Source: Thermodesulfovibrionales bacterium
GTDB lineage: Bacteria > Nitrospirota > Thermodesulfovibrionia > Thermodesulfovibrionales > UBA9159
Length of the DNA stretch: 49,082 bases
Assembly: GCA_035622735.1 (NCBI GenBank)
Contig: DASPUT010000023.1
Span: 1-49,082, forward strand
Direction: 5' to 3'
Shown: positions 37,456 to 45,146 of the stretch, piece after piece
How the letters are laid out: each line of letters opens with the position of its first letter
How positions within the stretch are numbered: the stretch's first letter is position 1
The notes under the pieces: generated by a model
What the model was told of the DNA's origin: nothing
The model's input: only the letters and a program-made list of their open reading frames with translations
Databases searched by the model: none
Translations under genes and position numbers: made by a program

Positions 37456-37708
37456 TAAATACCAGAATCCACATGTCGGTTTTTTTTCTCGGATCCGCTG
37501 ACTCTCCTCACGAGAGCGGCGACTACTAGCGTAGTTTGCGAACTTCATTCAAAAGATAACTTATTTCCGTATTGATTATTTCCGAGATATCTTCCAGAAA
37601 GTTACGCGATACCTTTCTTCTGGTAAAGACCGATGCTCTTTCTCATAGTGATGTCCCTTTTCATTTCTGAAAAAGGACATCATATGTGAACAGGCTGTTA
37701 ACCGATGC

Positions 37709-38455
37709 TTACTGTTCAAATCGGACAGCAGCAAAACGAGAACACCCGCCTTTGACAGATATTGACTCTTTCTTTAAAGCGCTCAAAAGGCTTTGGGCTC
37801 CGTTGTTTTTGACATCATTTTTTACGACGATATCAGCTGGCCTCACATCCCTGCCGTAGTAGGCGCTGTTTAGACCGTCCCGGACAGCGACAACCGATCC
37901 TTCCAGGTTGAGTCCCGCATAGAGTCCCTTGGCCTTTGCAAAGGAGATGAAATCAGCCGTTACATTGGCCTTTGCGCCTGCACCTACCGGTCCAAGGGCA
38001 ATAGAGGTGTCACCTCCAAGCTTCACCGACGATGACAGCAATGAATCAATGGCGCTCTTGCTCATCGCCATCATTATCACCTCTGCTGACTGGGCTCCTA
38101 TCTGGAGGCCGAACGTGCCTGAACCGATCGTATAAAACGCTGGGTTCATCCAGCTGCAGCTCTTCTCATCCCTGACAACGAGAACTCCTGTACCGCCCGA
38201 ACCGCCAAAGATAAACCCTGCCTTAAGAACCTGTGGAAATATCAGGAGTCCTCGCGCCCTCCCCAGGTTTTCGTGAAGCCATGTGTAGTTCTTATCATGC
38301 ATAAAGTCATCAAAAGTCACCTTGGCTCTATCAACCACGGCCTGTGCATCACTCATATCCGATGCGACTGCCGGGGCAAGTCCCATTATCATTACGCCTG
38401 CCATAGCAACCAAGGCTACAAGCAAAGTTGTCATATATATTTTTTTGTCTTTCAT
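37709..38455 (-). CDS. SYLF (Ysc84/DUF500) lipid-binding domain protein, secreted
   Basis: It shows GGSGGTGVLV, SFGLQIGAQ and GLYAGLNLEGSVVAVRDGLNSAYYG. I chose the start at MKDKKIYMTTLLVALVAMAG (signal peptide). The ORF extends to 38509. Confidence 0.8.
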   Translation of the reverse strand: MKDKKIYMTTLLVALVAMAGVMIMGLAPAVASDMSDAQAVVDRAKVTFDDFMHDKNYTWLHENLGRARGLLIFPQVLKAGFIFGGSGGTGVLVVRDEKSCSWMNPAFYTIGSGTFGLQIGAQSAEVIMMAMSKSAIDSLLSSSVKLGGDTSIALGPVGAGAKANVTADFISFAKAKGLYAGLNLEGSVVAVRDGLNSAYYGRDVRPADIVVKNDVKNNGAQSLLSALKKESISVKGGCSRFAAVRFEQ

Positions 38456-38885
38456 ATCAATTGTCCCCATTTCCTTACCACTCAACTGCCCGTGTTGCGA
38501 AGACTCCAAAAGGGAATACGAAAACTGCTCCCTCTCTTAACTATATGTTACATCTCAATTGACTATTTAGCAACGAAGCAACATACTGAAAATAATATGT
38601 TTTAAACAACTTAAGTAGGGGTCTTACCTCTCAAGTCCGCCGATTATTTCTCGGGTGTCAGATCGTGCAACTGGTCAGGATTTCTGCCTTGAAATCTGAA
38701 CACCAGGTTGAGCGGGCCTGCAATAGAGACTGCCCTCCCAAGAATGAGTATCTGGATGGGATATCCTCTCGAAGCGGGAGGTAGACTATGTCATTAGTGT
38801 CGAATCGTCGCTGTTTCGGGCGAGGTTCAGTTGCAAGGACTCATTAATCCGCCCTTGCTCAATGAATCCCTGTCCAGCACCGCTA

Positions 38886-40925
38886 TTACTTCCAGTTGTG
38901 GGGAACTCCTTTGTCTGCCTTCCTCAGCGGCAGCGTAATCACAAATCTGCAGCCTTTGCCGGGTTCGCTTTCCGCCATCATGGTTCCATTAAGCTTCCGA
39001 ATAATGCGATAGCTGACCGCAAGACCGAGGCCTGTCCCCATTTCGTTTGCAGTCTGAAGCGGATCGAATATCCTGTTAAGAACCTCGGGGGTGATGCCGG
39101 GCCCGGTATCTTCGAAATCGACGACAACGTTATCATTATCCCTTCTGCTTCGTATGGTGAGAGTCCCCCCATGCGGCATTGCGTCAGAGGCATGCAGTAT
39201 GACATTTACGAAAACCTGGCGGAGTTGGTTGCTGTCAGTGGCGATTTCCGGTATAGCGGGCGAGAGGTCCTTCATGATGGTGATGTCCTGCACTCGCTTA
39301 TCATAATTCATGAGGGCAAGGGAATCCTCTATAAGGTTATTCACCCTTGCGGGCTTGAGTTCCAGCGGCGGCATCTTTGAAAAACTGGAAAGTTGCTTCA
39401 GGATGTCCGCGATTCTCTTCATGTGCGAATATATGGTCTCAATGGTCTCTCTCTTCAGCTCGTCATTTTCCATTTCCCTCAGCATCTGTACAAAACCGAA
39501 AACTGATGTCAAAGGATTTCCTATTTCCTGAGCTATGCCGGAAGTCAGTCGTTCGAGAGCTGACAGCTTCTCGGAGTGAATCAATTGCTCTTCGCTCCTT
39601 CTCATCTCTGTCACATCCTGTAGCAGCTTGATATACCCCTCTATTGAGCCGTCCTCGGCCTTAACAGGAGCTGTGGTCATCTGATAATATCTGTCGCTTC
39701 TTCCAAAAAGATTCGATATGATTTCCGTCTGTAATCCATGCTCTTCATAGGAGCTGACGACGGTGTAGTCGGAACAAATTTCCTCGCAGGACTTTCCTGA
39801 AATATCCCTGCCCGCAATATCCTTCATGGTCTGGTTTATCCATTGTATCTTGCCCCGGGCGTCGAGGAGGAGAAGGCCGCTTCCCAGGGCGCTTACGACG
39901 GTATGGAGCTTTTCTTTCTCCGTCGAGAGTTCTTTTGTTCTCAGATCGACTTTATGCTCCAGTTCTTCAGCCTTTGCTTTTTTCCGGAAAAAGACGATGA
40001 GAATTACGGACGTGAACCCCATGGTGAGGACGATGAACATAACAAACAGCGAATAAACCTTCATCGATTTCCCTATGAGCATGGTGACCTCGGTATAGGG
40101 AGCCGACACGGCGACAATCCACTTTGCACTTCCGACAGATAAGGTGGAAAAGGCGAGAATCTTGTCTTCACCTGATGGTGCCACGTACCTTCCATGGAAG
40201 TCTCCGCTCCCCTCGATGATCTTCTTTTCCGCATCAAAAGACTTGTGGCAGGTAAAACACGAAGAATCGGTTTGGTAGAGATTCTTGCCCATCATATCCG
40301 CCTGAGTCGGATGGTAAATGAGACCCCCCTTATTATCCATCATCCATGCATATCCCCGCGAGCCTGATTTTATCGGGCTGAGGAACATCGTGGCGATATC
40401 CTGCAAGTCGATGAAGACCATGAGCGCACCGGTGAGGGAGCCGGAACGACATACGGGCGCGGTGAGACGCAGCCTCTTTGAACCTTGCTCAATCGCTATT
40501 TCATCCTGGCAACCGCTTTGCACCGCTTTTGCGAAATACTTGTCGTCCAATTCCTGAATCGCCATGGTCCCCCGGGTAAAGCGTATCTTCCCTTCACTAT
40601 CCAGGAACACGACCCGCCTTTTTATGTCACCGATATGCCTGCAAACGGCGTCAGTAAGCAAGCGAAAATCGGCTTCCTTGGGTACATTCATCACCGCCGC
40701 GAACTGCGCGACATGAAGTATATCCTCTTTTATCACGCTCAGATAGCTCTCAATGCGTAATGCTTCCGTTTTTGCGAGGAGGAGTTGCTGGTGGTTGAAC
40801 TGTTCGGCCATTTCCATTTTAAGCGACCGCTGAAAATGGATATTCAGGGTCAAAAGTGCCAGAATAATAGCAGCAAATATCCCCACGATAAAACCATACT
40901 CTCTTAGCGCATGTCTCACATTCAT
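38886..40925 (-). CDS. Sensor histidine-kinase-like protein with a degenerate H-box and N-box and a CXXCH motif in the outer domain
   Basis: Two TM helices flank a ~260-aa outer domain containing CFTCH. A PAS domain follows, then HisKA-like SGIAQEIGNPL and HATPase-like QVFVNVILHASDAM, DTGPGI and GTGLGLA. Confidence 0.85.
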   Translation of the reverse strand: MNVRHALREYGFIVGIFAAIILALLTLNIHFQRSLKMEMAEQFNHQQLLLAKTEALRIESYLSVIKEDILHVAQFAAVMNVPKEADFRLLTDAVCRHIGDIKRRVVFLDSEGKIRFTRGTMAIQELDDKYFAKAVQSGCQDEIAIEQGSKRLRLTAPVCRSGSLTGALMVFIDLQDIATMFLSPIKSGSRGYAWMMDNKGGLIYHPTQADMMGKNLYQTDSSCFTCHKSFDAEKKIIEGSGDFHGRYVAPSGEDKILAFSTLSVGSAKWIVAVSAPYTEVTMLIGKSMKVYSLFVMFIVLTMGFTSVILIVFFRKKAKAEELEHKVDLRTKELSTEKEKLHTVVSALGSGLLLLDARGKIQWINQTMKDIAGRDISGKSCEEICSDYTVVSSYEEHGLQTEIISNLFGRSDRYYQMTTAPVKAEDGSIEGYIKLLQDVTEMRRSEEQLIHSEKLSALERLTSGIAQEIGNPLTSVFGFVQMLREMENDELKRETIETIYSHMKRIADILKQLSSFSKMPPLELKPARVNNLIEDSLALMNYDKRVQDITIMKDLSPAIPEIATDSNQLRQVFVNVILHASDAMPHGGTLTIRSRRDNDNVVVDFEDTGPGITPEVLNRIFDPLQTANEMGTGLGLAVSYRIIRKLNGTMMAESEPGKGCRFVITLPLRKADKGVPHNWK

Positions 40926-42268
40926 TGCTCCATCCCCAGCGTCTTCAGTTTCTTCCAGAGCGTAACCCTGCTGATACCGAGATTTTTTGCCGCAAGGGTC
41001 TTATTGCCCTTATAGAGCGCAAGGGTTGCGCGGATTTTTTCAGGATCAATGCGGGTTTCGCCCCCATCTGCTTTCTTCTCATAGACAAGATAGTCCGGCA
41101 GGTCCGAAACTTGAATCGTATCAGTTTTACACGTAACGACGCTATGCTCCAAGGCATTGATGAGTCTGCGCACGTTCCCCGGCCACGGGAAATTTATTAA
41201 GATTTCCATGGCCGGAGGGCTGATGCTCGTGATCTCCTTGTTGTTTATCGAAGATATCTTTTTCAGGTAGTGGAAGGCAATGAGAGGGATATCTTCACTT
41301 CTTTCTCTCAACGAAGGCACCTTGATGGTAATGGAATTTATCCGATAAAGAAGATCTTCCCTGAACGTCCCCGATTGTATCAGGCTGGTCAAGTCTTTGT
41401 TCGTGGCCGATATGAGCCTGATGTTAACGGGGATTGGCTTATGGTCGCCCACTCGCTCCACCACTTTCTCTTCAAGAACCCGCAGGAGCTTTACCTGCAT
41501 TGACATAGGCATGTCACCGATTTCATCAAGGAAAACGCTCCCGTCATGCGCTGCCTCGAATCTTCCCGTCCGGTCACTCACCGCTCCGGTGAAAGCTCCC
41601 TTCTTATGGCCGAAGAGCTCGCTTTCGAGGAGCTGTTCATTCAGTGCAGCACAGTTCATCTGCATGAAGGGCCCGTCCTTCCGTCTGCTCAGCTTGTGCA
41701 ATGCACGAGCAACAAGGTTTTTCCCCGCCCCGCTCTCTCCGTATATCAGAACAGGGGCCTCGCTCATAGCGGCATTCCGAATATGTTCATATAATCTTTG
41801 CATGGGCACACTCTTACCCAGGAGTCCCATGAACCAGTATTCCTGTCTGAGCTCCTGCTTGAGGCCCTGCAGCTCCATCTCCTTTTTGTAAAGAGACGTT
41901 ATATCCGTCATTGACTCGACCGTCCCTATGATCTCGCCATCCTCGTCTCTCAGCGTGACGACATTCTTCAAAAGGTGCACCCACCGACCATCCCCTGACC
42001 TTATCCGGCACTCCATGTTGTAGGCGACTCCGAATTCTTTGAGTTGTGTGTCCGTCTCACCTCCCGTTTTCTTCGGTTCCACTTCACAATGCAATATAGA
42101 AGTCTTTCCCCCTATGACGTCTTCTTTTCGATAACCGGTTATTTCTTCAGCTGCACGATTGAATAATACGATATTACCTTCATTATCTACTACCATGAGA
42201 CCGTCTCTCAAGGTCTCAAAGACTTCAGGCAAAAATTGAGGGTTCTTCATTAATTTATCTAACATCAT
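40922..42268 (-). CDS. Sigma54-dependent transcriptional activator with an N-terminal PAS domain and no receiver domain
   Basis: It has a PAS domain (DGLMVVDNEGNIVLFNRAAEEITGY), Walker A GESGAGKN, GAFTGA, and a C-terminal Fis-type HTH (AAKNLGISRVTLWKKLK). ATGA overlaps with the downstream kinase-like gene. Confidence 0.92.
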   Translation of the reverse strand: MMLDKLMKNPQFLPEVFETLRDGLMVVDNEGNIVLFNRAAEEITGYRKEDVIGGKTSILHCEVEPKKTGGETDTQLKEFGVAYNMECRIRSGDGRWVHLLKNVVTLRDEDGEIIGTVESMTDITSLYKKEMELQGLKQELRQEYWFMGLLGKSVPMQRLYEHIRNAAMSEAPVLIYGESGAGKNLVARALHKLSRRKDGPFMQMNCAALNEQLLESELFGHKKGAFTGAVSDRTGRFEAAHDGSVFLDEIGDMPMSMQVKLLRVLEEKVVERVGDHKPIPVNIRLISATNKDLTSLIQSGTFREDLLYRINSITIKVPSLRERSEDIPLIAFHYLKKISSINNKEITSISPPAMEILINFPWPGNVRRLINALEHSVVTCKTDTIQVSDLPDYLVYEKKADGGETRIDPEKIRATLALYKGNKTLAAKNLGISRVTLWKKLKTLGMEQ

Positions 42269-42296
42269 TGTTTAGGCAGTCCTAATATTACTCGCG

Positions 42297-42310
42297 CGGT
42301 GTTAACACCG
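42297..42310. promoter_or_regulatory. Perfect 14-bp palindrome CGGTGTTAACACCG (candidate activator-binding site)
   Basis: It lies about 60-130 bp upstream of the -24/-12 elements. Related TGTTAAC half-sites occur at 42331-42346, 42446-42453, 43816-43825 and 43829-43845. Confidence 0.45.
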
Positions 42311-42367
42311 TTAAAGTCTGATAATCATAATGTTAACGGATTAACGCTTATTTTTTCAATAAGATAA

Positions 42368-42383
42368 TGGCACGTTTATGGCA
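42368..42383 (+). promoter_or_regulatory. Sigma54 -24/-12 promoter-like element (TGGCACgtttaTGGCA)
   Basis: The GG and GC dinucleotides sit at the canonical 12-nt offset, with one mismatch to TGGCAC-N5-TTGCW. Confidence 0.5.
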
Positions 42384-42423
42384 ACTTATTGATATAACAA
42401 GATAAATCAATTTATCAGAAATA

Positions 42424-42439
42424 TGGCATGCGATTTGCT
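42424..42439 (+). promoter_or_regulatory. Sigma54 -24/-12 promoter (TGGCATgcgatTTGCT)
   Basis: This is a full match to TGGCAY-N5-TTGCW, about 60 nt upstream of the USP ATG at 42501. It is divergent from a sigma54 activator gene. Confidence 0.65.
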
Positions 42440-42500
42440 TGTTAATGTTAACGTAACGAGTTGCATGTAAGAAAAGTGAAATGAAGAAGAAGGAGGAAAA

Positions 42501-43070
42501 ATGAAAAAGGTTTTAATAGCAGTGGACGGTACCAAAGCCTCGACTGCTGTGTTGTCAACTTTCTACAACTTAGTAAAGAAGCCCGAACACGTCATTTTGC
42601 TTCATGTCCAAAAGCTGCAGGGAAGGTCGTTGATGTTAGACATGCTAGGCGATGCTGAAATGTCTACCTTGAAAGAGTCTGTGGACGGTACGGAACACAA
42701 GGAAGCCCTTGACCTAAAGGCCGCTAAGATCCTGAATTACTATAAAGGCGAATTGGAGGATAGCGGCACAGCCAGCGTTACGACAAAAATACGGGCCGGC
42801 CATCCCGGCGATGAGATACTGAAGGTTGCGTCCGAAGAGAACGTTGACCTCATTCTCCTTGGTAATAGCGGGAGGAGTGGGCTTAACAGGGTCATTTCCG
42901 GCTCTGTAGCCCGTGAAGTACAGAAACAGACAAAAGTCCCGGTGCTCGTGGCAAAGAGACCGTCGACTTGCGAAGAACCATATAGTTGGAGGGATGCTTT
43001 CGCTTCCGTTTCTGTTACAGGCGCAATTGTTCTCGGCTTGTTTCTCTTGGGAACGTTTGTCGGAAGATAG
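42501..43070 (+). CDS. Universal stress protein with a C-terminal membrane anchor
   Basis: AGGAGGAAAA precedes the ATG. The USP fold shows MKKVLIAVDGT...LLGNSGRSGLNRVISGSVAREV..VPVLV, followed by the hydrophobic tail VSVTGAIVLGLFLLGTFVG. Confidence 0.9.
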   Translation: MKKVLIAVDGTKASTAVLSTFYNLVKKPEHVILLHVQKLQGRSLMLDMLGDAEMSTLKESVDGTEHKEALDLKAAKILNYYKGELEDSGTASVTTKIRAGHPGDEILKVASEENVDLILLGNSGRSGLNRVISGSVAREVQKQTKVPVLVAKRPSTCEEPYSWRDAFASVSVTGAIVLGLFLLGTFVGR

Positions 43071-43106
43071 CGATAATTCTATTTGTTGATAAGAAAAGGA
43101 GGAGAT

Positions 43107-43616
43107 ATGAAAAAGGTATTGATAGTGGTAGACGACACAAAGGGTTCAAAGGCAGTATTGTCGGTTTTCAAGAATTTGGTTCGGCCGCCTGAAGAGGTGT
43201 TGCTCCTTCATGTTCAGCGGCTGCAAGGGAAGTCGCTAATGATTGATATGCTCGGAGATGCCGAGCTCTCAACGCTGCGAGAGTCTCTCAAGGGCACCGA
43301 GTACAAGGAGAAGCTTGACAGGGAATCGGAGAAGATCCTCAAGTATTATAAGAAGGAATTTGAGGATGGTGGGTTAATCAGCGTAAAGACTTTGATCAGG
43401 GACGGCATCGCGGCCGACGAGATTCTGAAAGTTGCCGAGGAAGAGAAGGTTGATCTCGTTATAACCGGCGCGAATGGAAATAAGGGAATGTTGAGGCTTA
43501 TCGCGGGGTCCCTGCCCAGCGAAGTGGAAAGAAGATCCAAGGTCCCGGTTCTTATCGGCAAAGAAGAGGGCTCGACCGAGGTCTATGGTCTGGAGGGAGC
43601 TGCAGCAAAGATATAG
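43107..43616 (+). CDS. Universal stress protein (paralog of the upstream gene)
   Basis: AAAGGAGGAG precedes the ATG at 43107. MKKVLIVVDDTKGSKAVLSVFKNLV...LHVQRLQGKSLMIDMLGDAELSTLRES aligns residue for residue with the upstream USP. Confidence 0.9.
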   Translation: MKKVLIVVDDTKGSKAVLSVFKNLVRPPEEVLLLHVQRLQGKSLMIDMLGDAELSTLRESLKGTEYKEKLDRESEKILKYYKKEFEDGGLISVKTLIRDGIAADEILKVAEEEKVDLVITGANGNKGMLRLIAGSLPSEVERRSKVPVLIGKEEGSTEVYGLEGAAAKI

Positions 43617-43649
43617 ATAGTCGGGATAGTTTAGATGTCAATGCATTGC

Positions 43650-43693
43650 GCGATTGAAACGTCGCTGATAACGGTCAGTGGCGTTTCAATCGC
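43650..43693. repeat. 12-bp perfect inverted repeat GCGATTGAAACG-N20-CGTTTCAATCGC
   Basis: It begins 34 nt after the USP stop. No T-run follows, so it could be a hairpin or operator rather than a canonical terminator. Confidence 0.5.
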
Positions 43694-43774
43694 TTACAAT
43701 TGTCTCATCAGTTGCCTCATGTTCCGACAATTTCGTTGACAATTTGATGGTAAAGACGTTACTATTCGAAGACT

Positions 43775-43807
43775 AATTCATGAATGCTTATAATTCACGA
43801 ATGCTTA
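43775..43807 (+). repeat. Tandem 16-nt direct repeat AATTCA(T/C)GAATGCTTA with a perfect TATAAT at the junction
   Basis: The copies lie at 43775-43790 and 43792-43807 with one mismatch. TATAAT lies at 43789-43794. Confidence 0.55.
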
Positions 43808-43828
43808 CGAAACAATGTTAACACCATC

Positions 43829-43845
43829 ATTAACAAGCTGTTAAT
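43829..43845. promoter_or_regulatory. Inverted repeat ATTAACA-AGC-TGTTAAT next to TGTTAACACC (43816-43825)
   Basis: It carries the same TGTTAA half-site seen upstream of the USP operon and lies about 105-135 nt before the yeeE-like ATG. Confidence 0.4.
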
Positions 43846-43949
43846 TCGTTGCAAAGGGGAGGAAAAGAAGACCGTGGAGAGATTTTCGGCATTTCCATTT
43901 CGGGAAGACTGTACGAATATTTTTTGGATGATGATCGGGAGGGATACGT

Positions 43950-45044
43950 ATGCCATTCGGTAGTGGTATTTCGGCCTTGACAGCCATAATTCTTGGGACT
44001 GCGCTTGGATTTATTCTGCAGAGAGGGCGTTTCTGCCTCAATTCAGCATTCAGGGACATCATATTCATTCAGGACCTCACATTCTTTAGGGCATATCTGC
44101 TTTGCATTGCCGTCGCGATCGTAGGCACGAACGTTCTGGAAAGCGCCGGGCTCATATTCACGTACGACCAGGCAGCGGGGCATTTTGTTTCGACTCAACT
44201 GATGCGTCAGAATTTCGTTCCTATCGCCAATATCCTCGGCGGGTTCCTCTTTGGTCTCGGAATAGTTCTTGCCGGCGGATGTGCAAGCGGCATTGTCTAC
44301 AGGTTAGGAGAGGGCCAGATCGGGGCATTCATCGCTATCGTCGGGTTCTTCCTCGGTATCGGTATGACAACGGACGGAATGCTCCGTCCCGTCCGTGACT
44401 ACCTGAAAAGCTTCAAAGTTGAGGTCTTTGGGGTGACTAACCCAGCCATCTGGGATCTCTTCGGAGGAGGCACGGTAGCAAAATGGGGCACAATCGCAGT
44501 TTTTACTATAGTAATACTTGCATTTGTCTTTAAGGGAAAGCCCTCCTTCGGCAAGTCCGGCAAGGGCTATGCATGGGGACTGACCGGTATTCTTGTAGGG
44601 TTGTTGACCATACTCGCATGGGAGGTTTCTTCTGTCTTCGGGGGCACCCCGAGAGGTCTTGCCATAACCACCCCCTTGCGAGAGTTATTCTATTCGATGC
44701 TGACCAACAGTACAAATTCTCAATTCCGGGAATTCAGTTTCATCGGGATCTTTACGGGTACATGGGGCGTATTCTTTATTCTTGCCGTTCCTCTCGGCGC
44801 TTGGCTCAGTGCCAGGGGCCTCGAGGAGTTCAAGTGGAAGACGCCGCCTGCAAAGGAGATAATTACTGTCTTTTTTGGGAGTATCCTTATGGGCATAGGC
44901 GCGGTCATCGCCGGAGGCTGCAACCTCGGGCATGGTGTTACGGGAATGTCCACCATGTCGCTTGCCAGTTTGGTGGCGATTATTGCGATCATGCTTGGCA
45001 ATTGGGTAATGGTCTATTTCAAGTTCATCAGGGCGACGGAATAA
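43950..45044 (+). CDS. YeeE/YedE family sulfur (thiosulfate) transporter
   Basis: The 364-aa polytopic membrane protein has duplicated halves and the conserved Cys motifs RGRFCLNS, LAGGCASG and IAGGCNLG. Confidence 0.85.
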   Translation: MPFGSGISALTAIILGTALGFILQRGRFCLNSAFRDIIFIQDLTFFRAYLLCIAVAIVGTNVLESAGLIFTYDQAAGHFVSTQLMRQNFVPIANILGGFLFGLGIVLAGGCASGIVYRLGEGQIGAFIAIVGFFLGIGMTTDGMLRPVRDYLKSFKVEVFGVTNPAIWDLFGGGTVAKWGTIAVFTIVILAFVFKGKPSFGKSGKGYAWGLTGILVGLLTILAWEVSSVFGGTPRGLAITTPLRELFYSMLTNSTNSQFREFSFIGIFTGTWGVFFILAVPLGAWLSARGLEEFKWKTPPAKEIITVFFGSILMGIGAVIAGGCNLGHGVTGMSTMSLASLVAIIAIMLGNWVMVYFKFIRATE

Positions 45045-45069
45045 ATTTAATACCGTGACGGGATCAAGG

Positions 45070-45104
45070 GGGCTACCTTCGTGATAAGAAGGTAGCCCTT
45101 TTTT
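45070..45104 (+). terminator. Rho-independent terminator
   Basis: An 11-bp perfect stem (GGGCTACCTTC gtgataa GAAGGTAGCCC) is followed by TTTTTT, 26 nt after the transporter stop. Confidence 0.8.
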
Positions 45105-45146
45105 GTTAATGAAATCGATATGATACTGCTGCATTCAATAAAGGGA

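Noticed and set aside
37252-37548. 98-aa minus-strand ORF (..FFLDLLCLLHDFLYYLLFYSFSLFHCFLQNFLHSLFLYH..)
   Set aside because: It is the Leu/Phe-rich mirror image of the AAG/AAA-rich plus-strand small ORF. It has no SD, whereas the plus-strand ORF has GAGGAGG.
38510-38885. 375-bp gap between the SYLF gene and the kinase-like gene, containing a 19-codon ORF with a good SD (GGGAGGtagactATG at 38788) and a bulged hairpin (38677-38699)
   Set aside because: The ORF is very short and without features. The hairpin has no T-run. The region is stop-rich in all frames. It is probably just the SYLF promoter region and the kinase 3' region.
43887-43902. Sigma54-like element CGGCATttccaTTTCG upstream of the yeeE-like gene
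   Set aside because: The GG is present, but the nearly invariant GC at -12 is TC and the first T is C. This is too weak to call. I keep it only as a possibility to test by 5'-end mapping.
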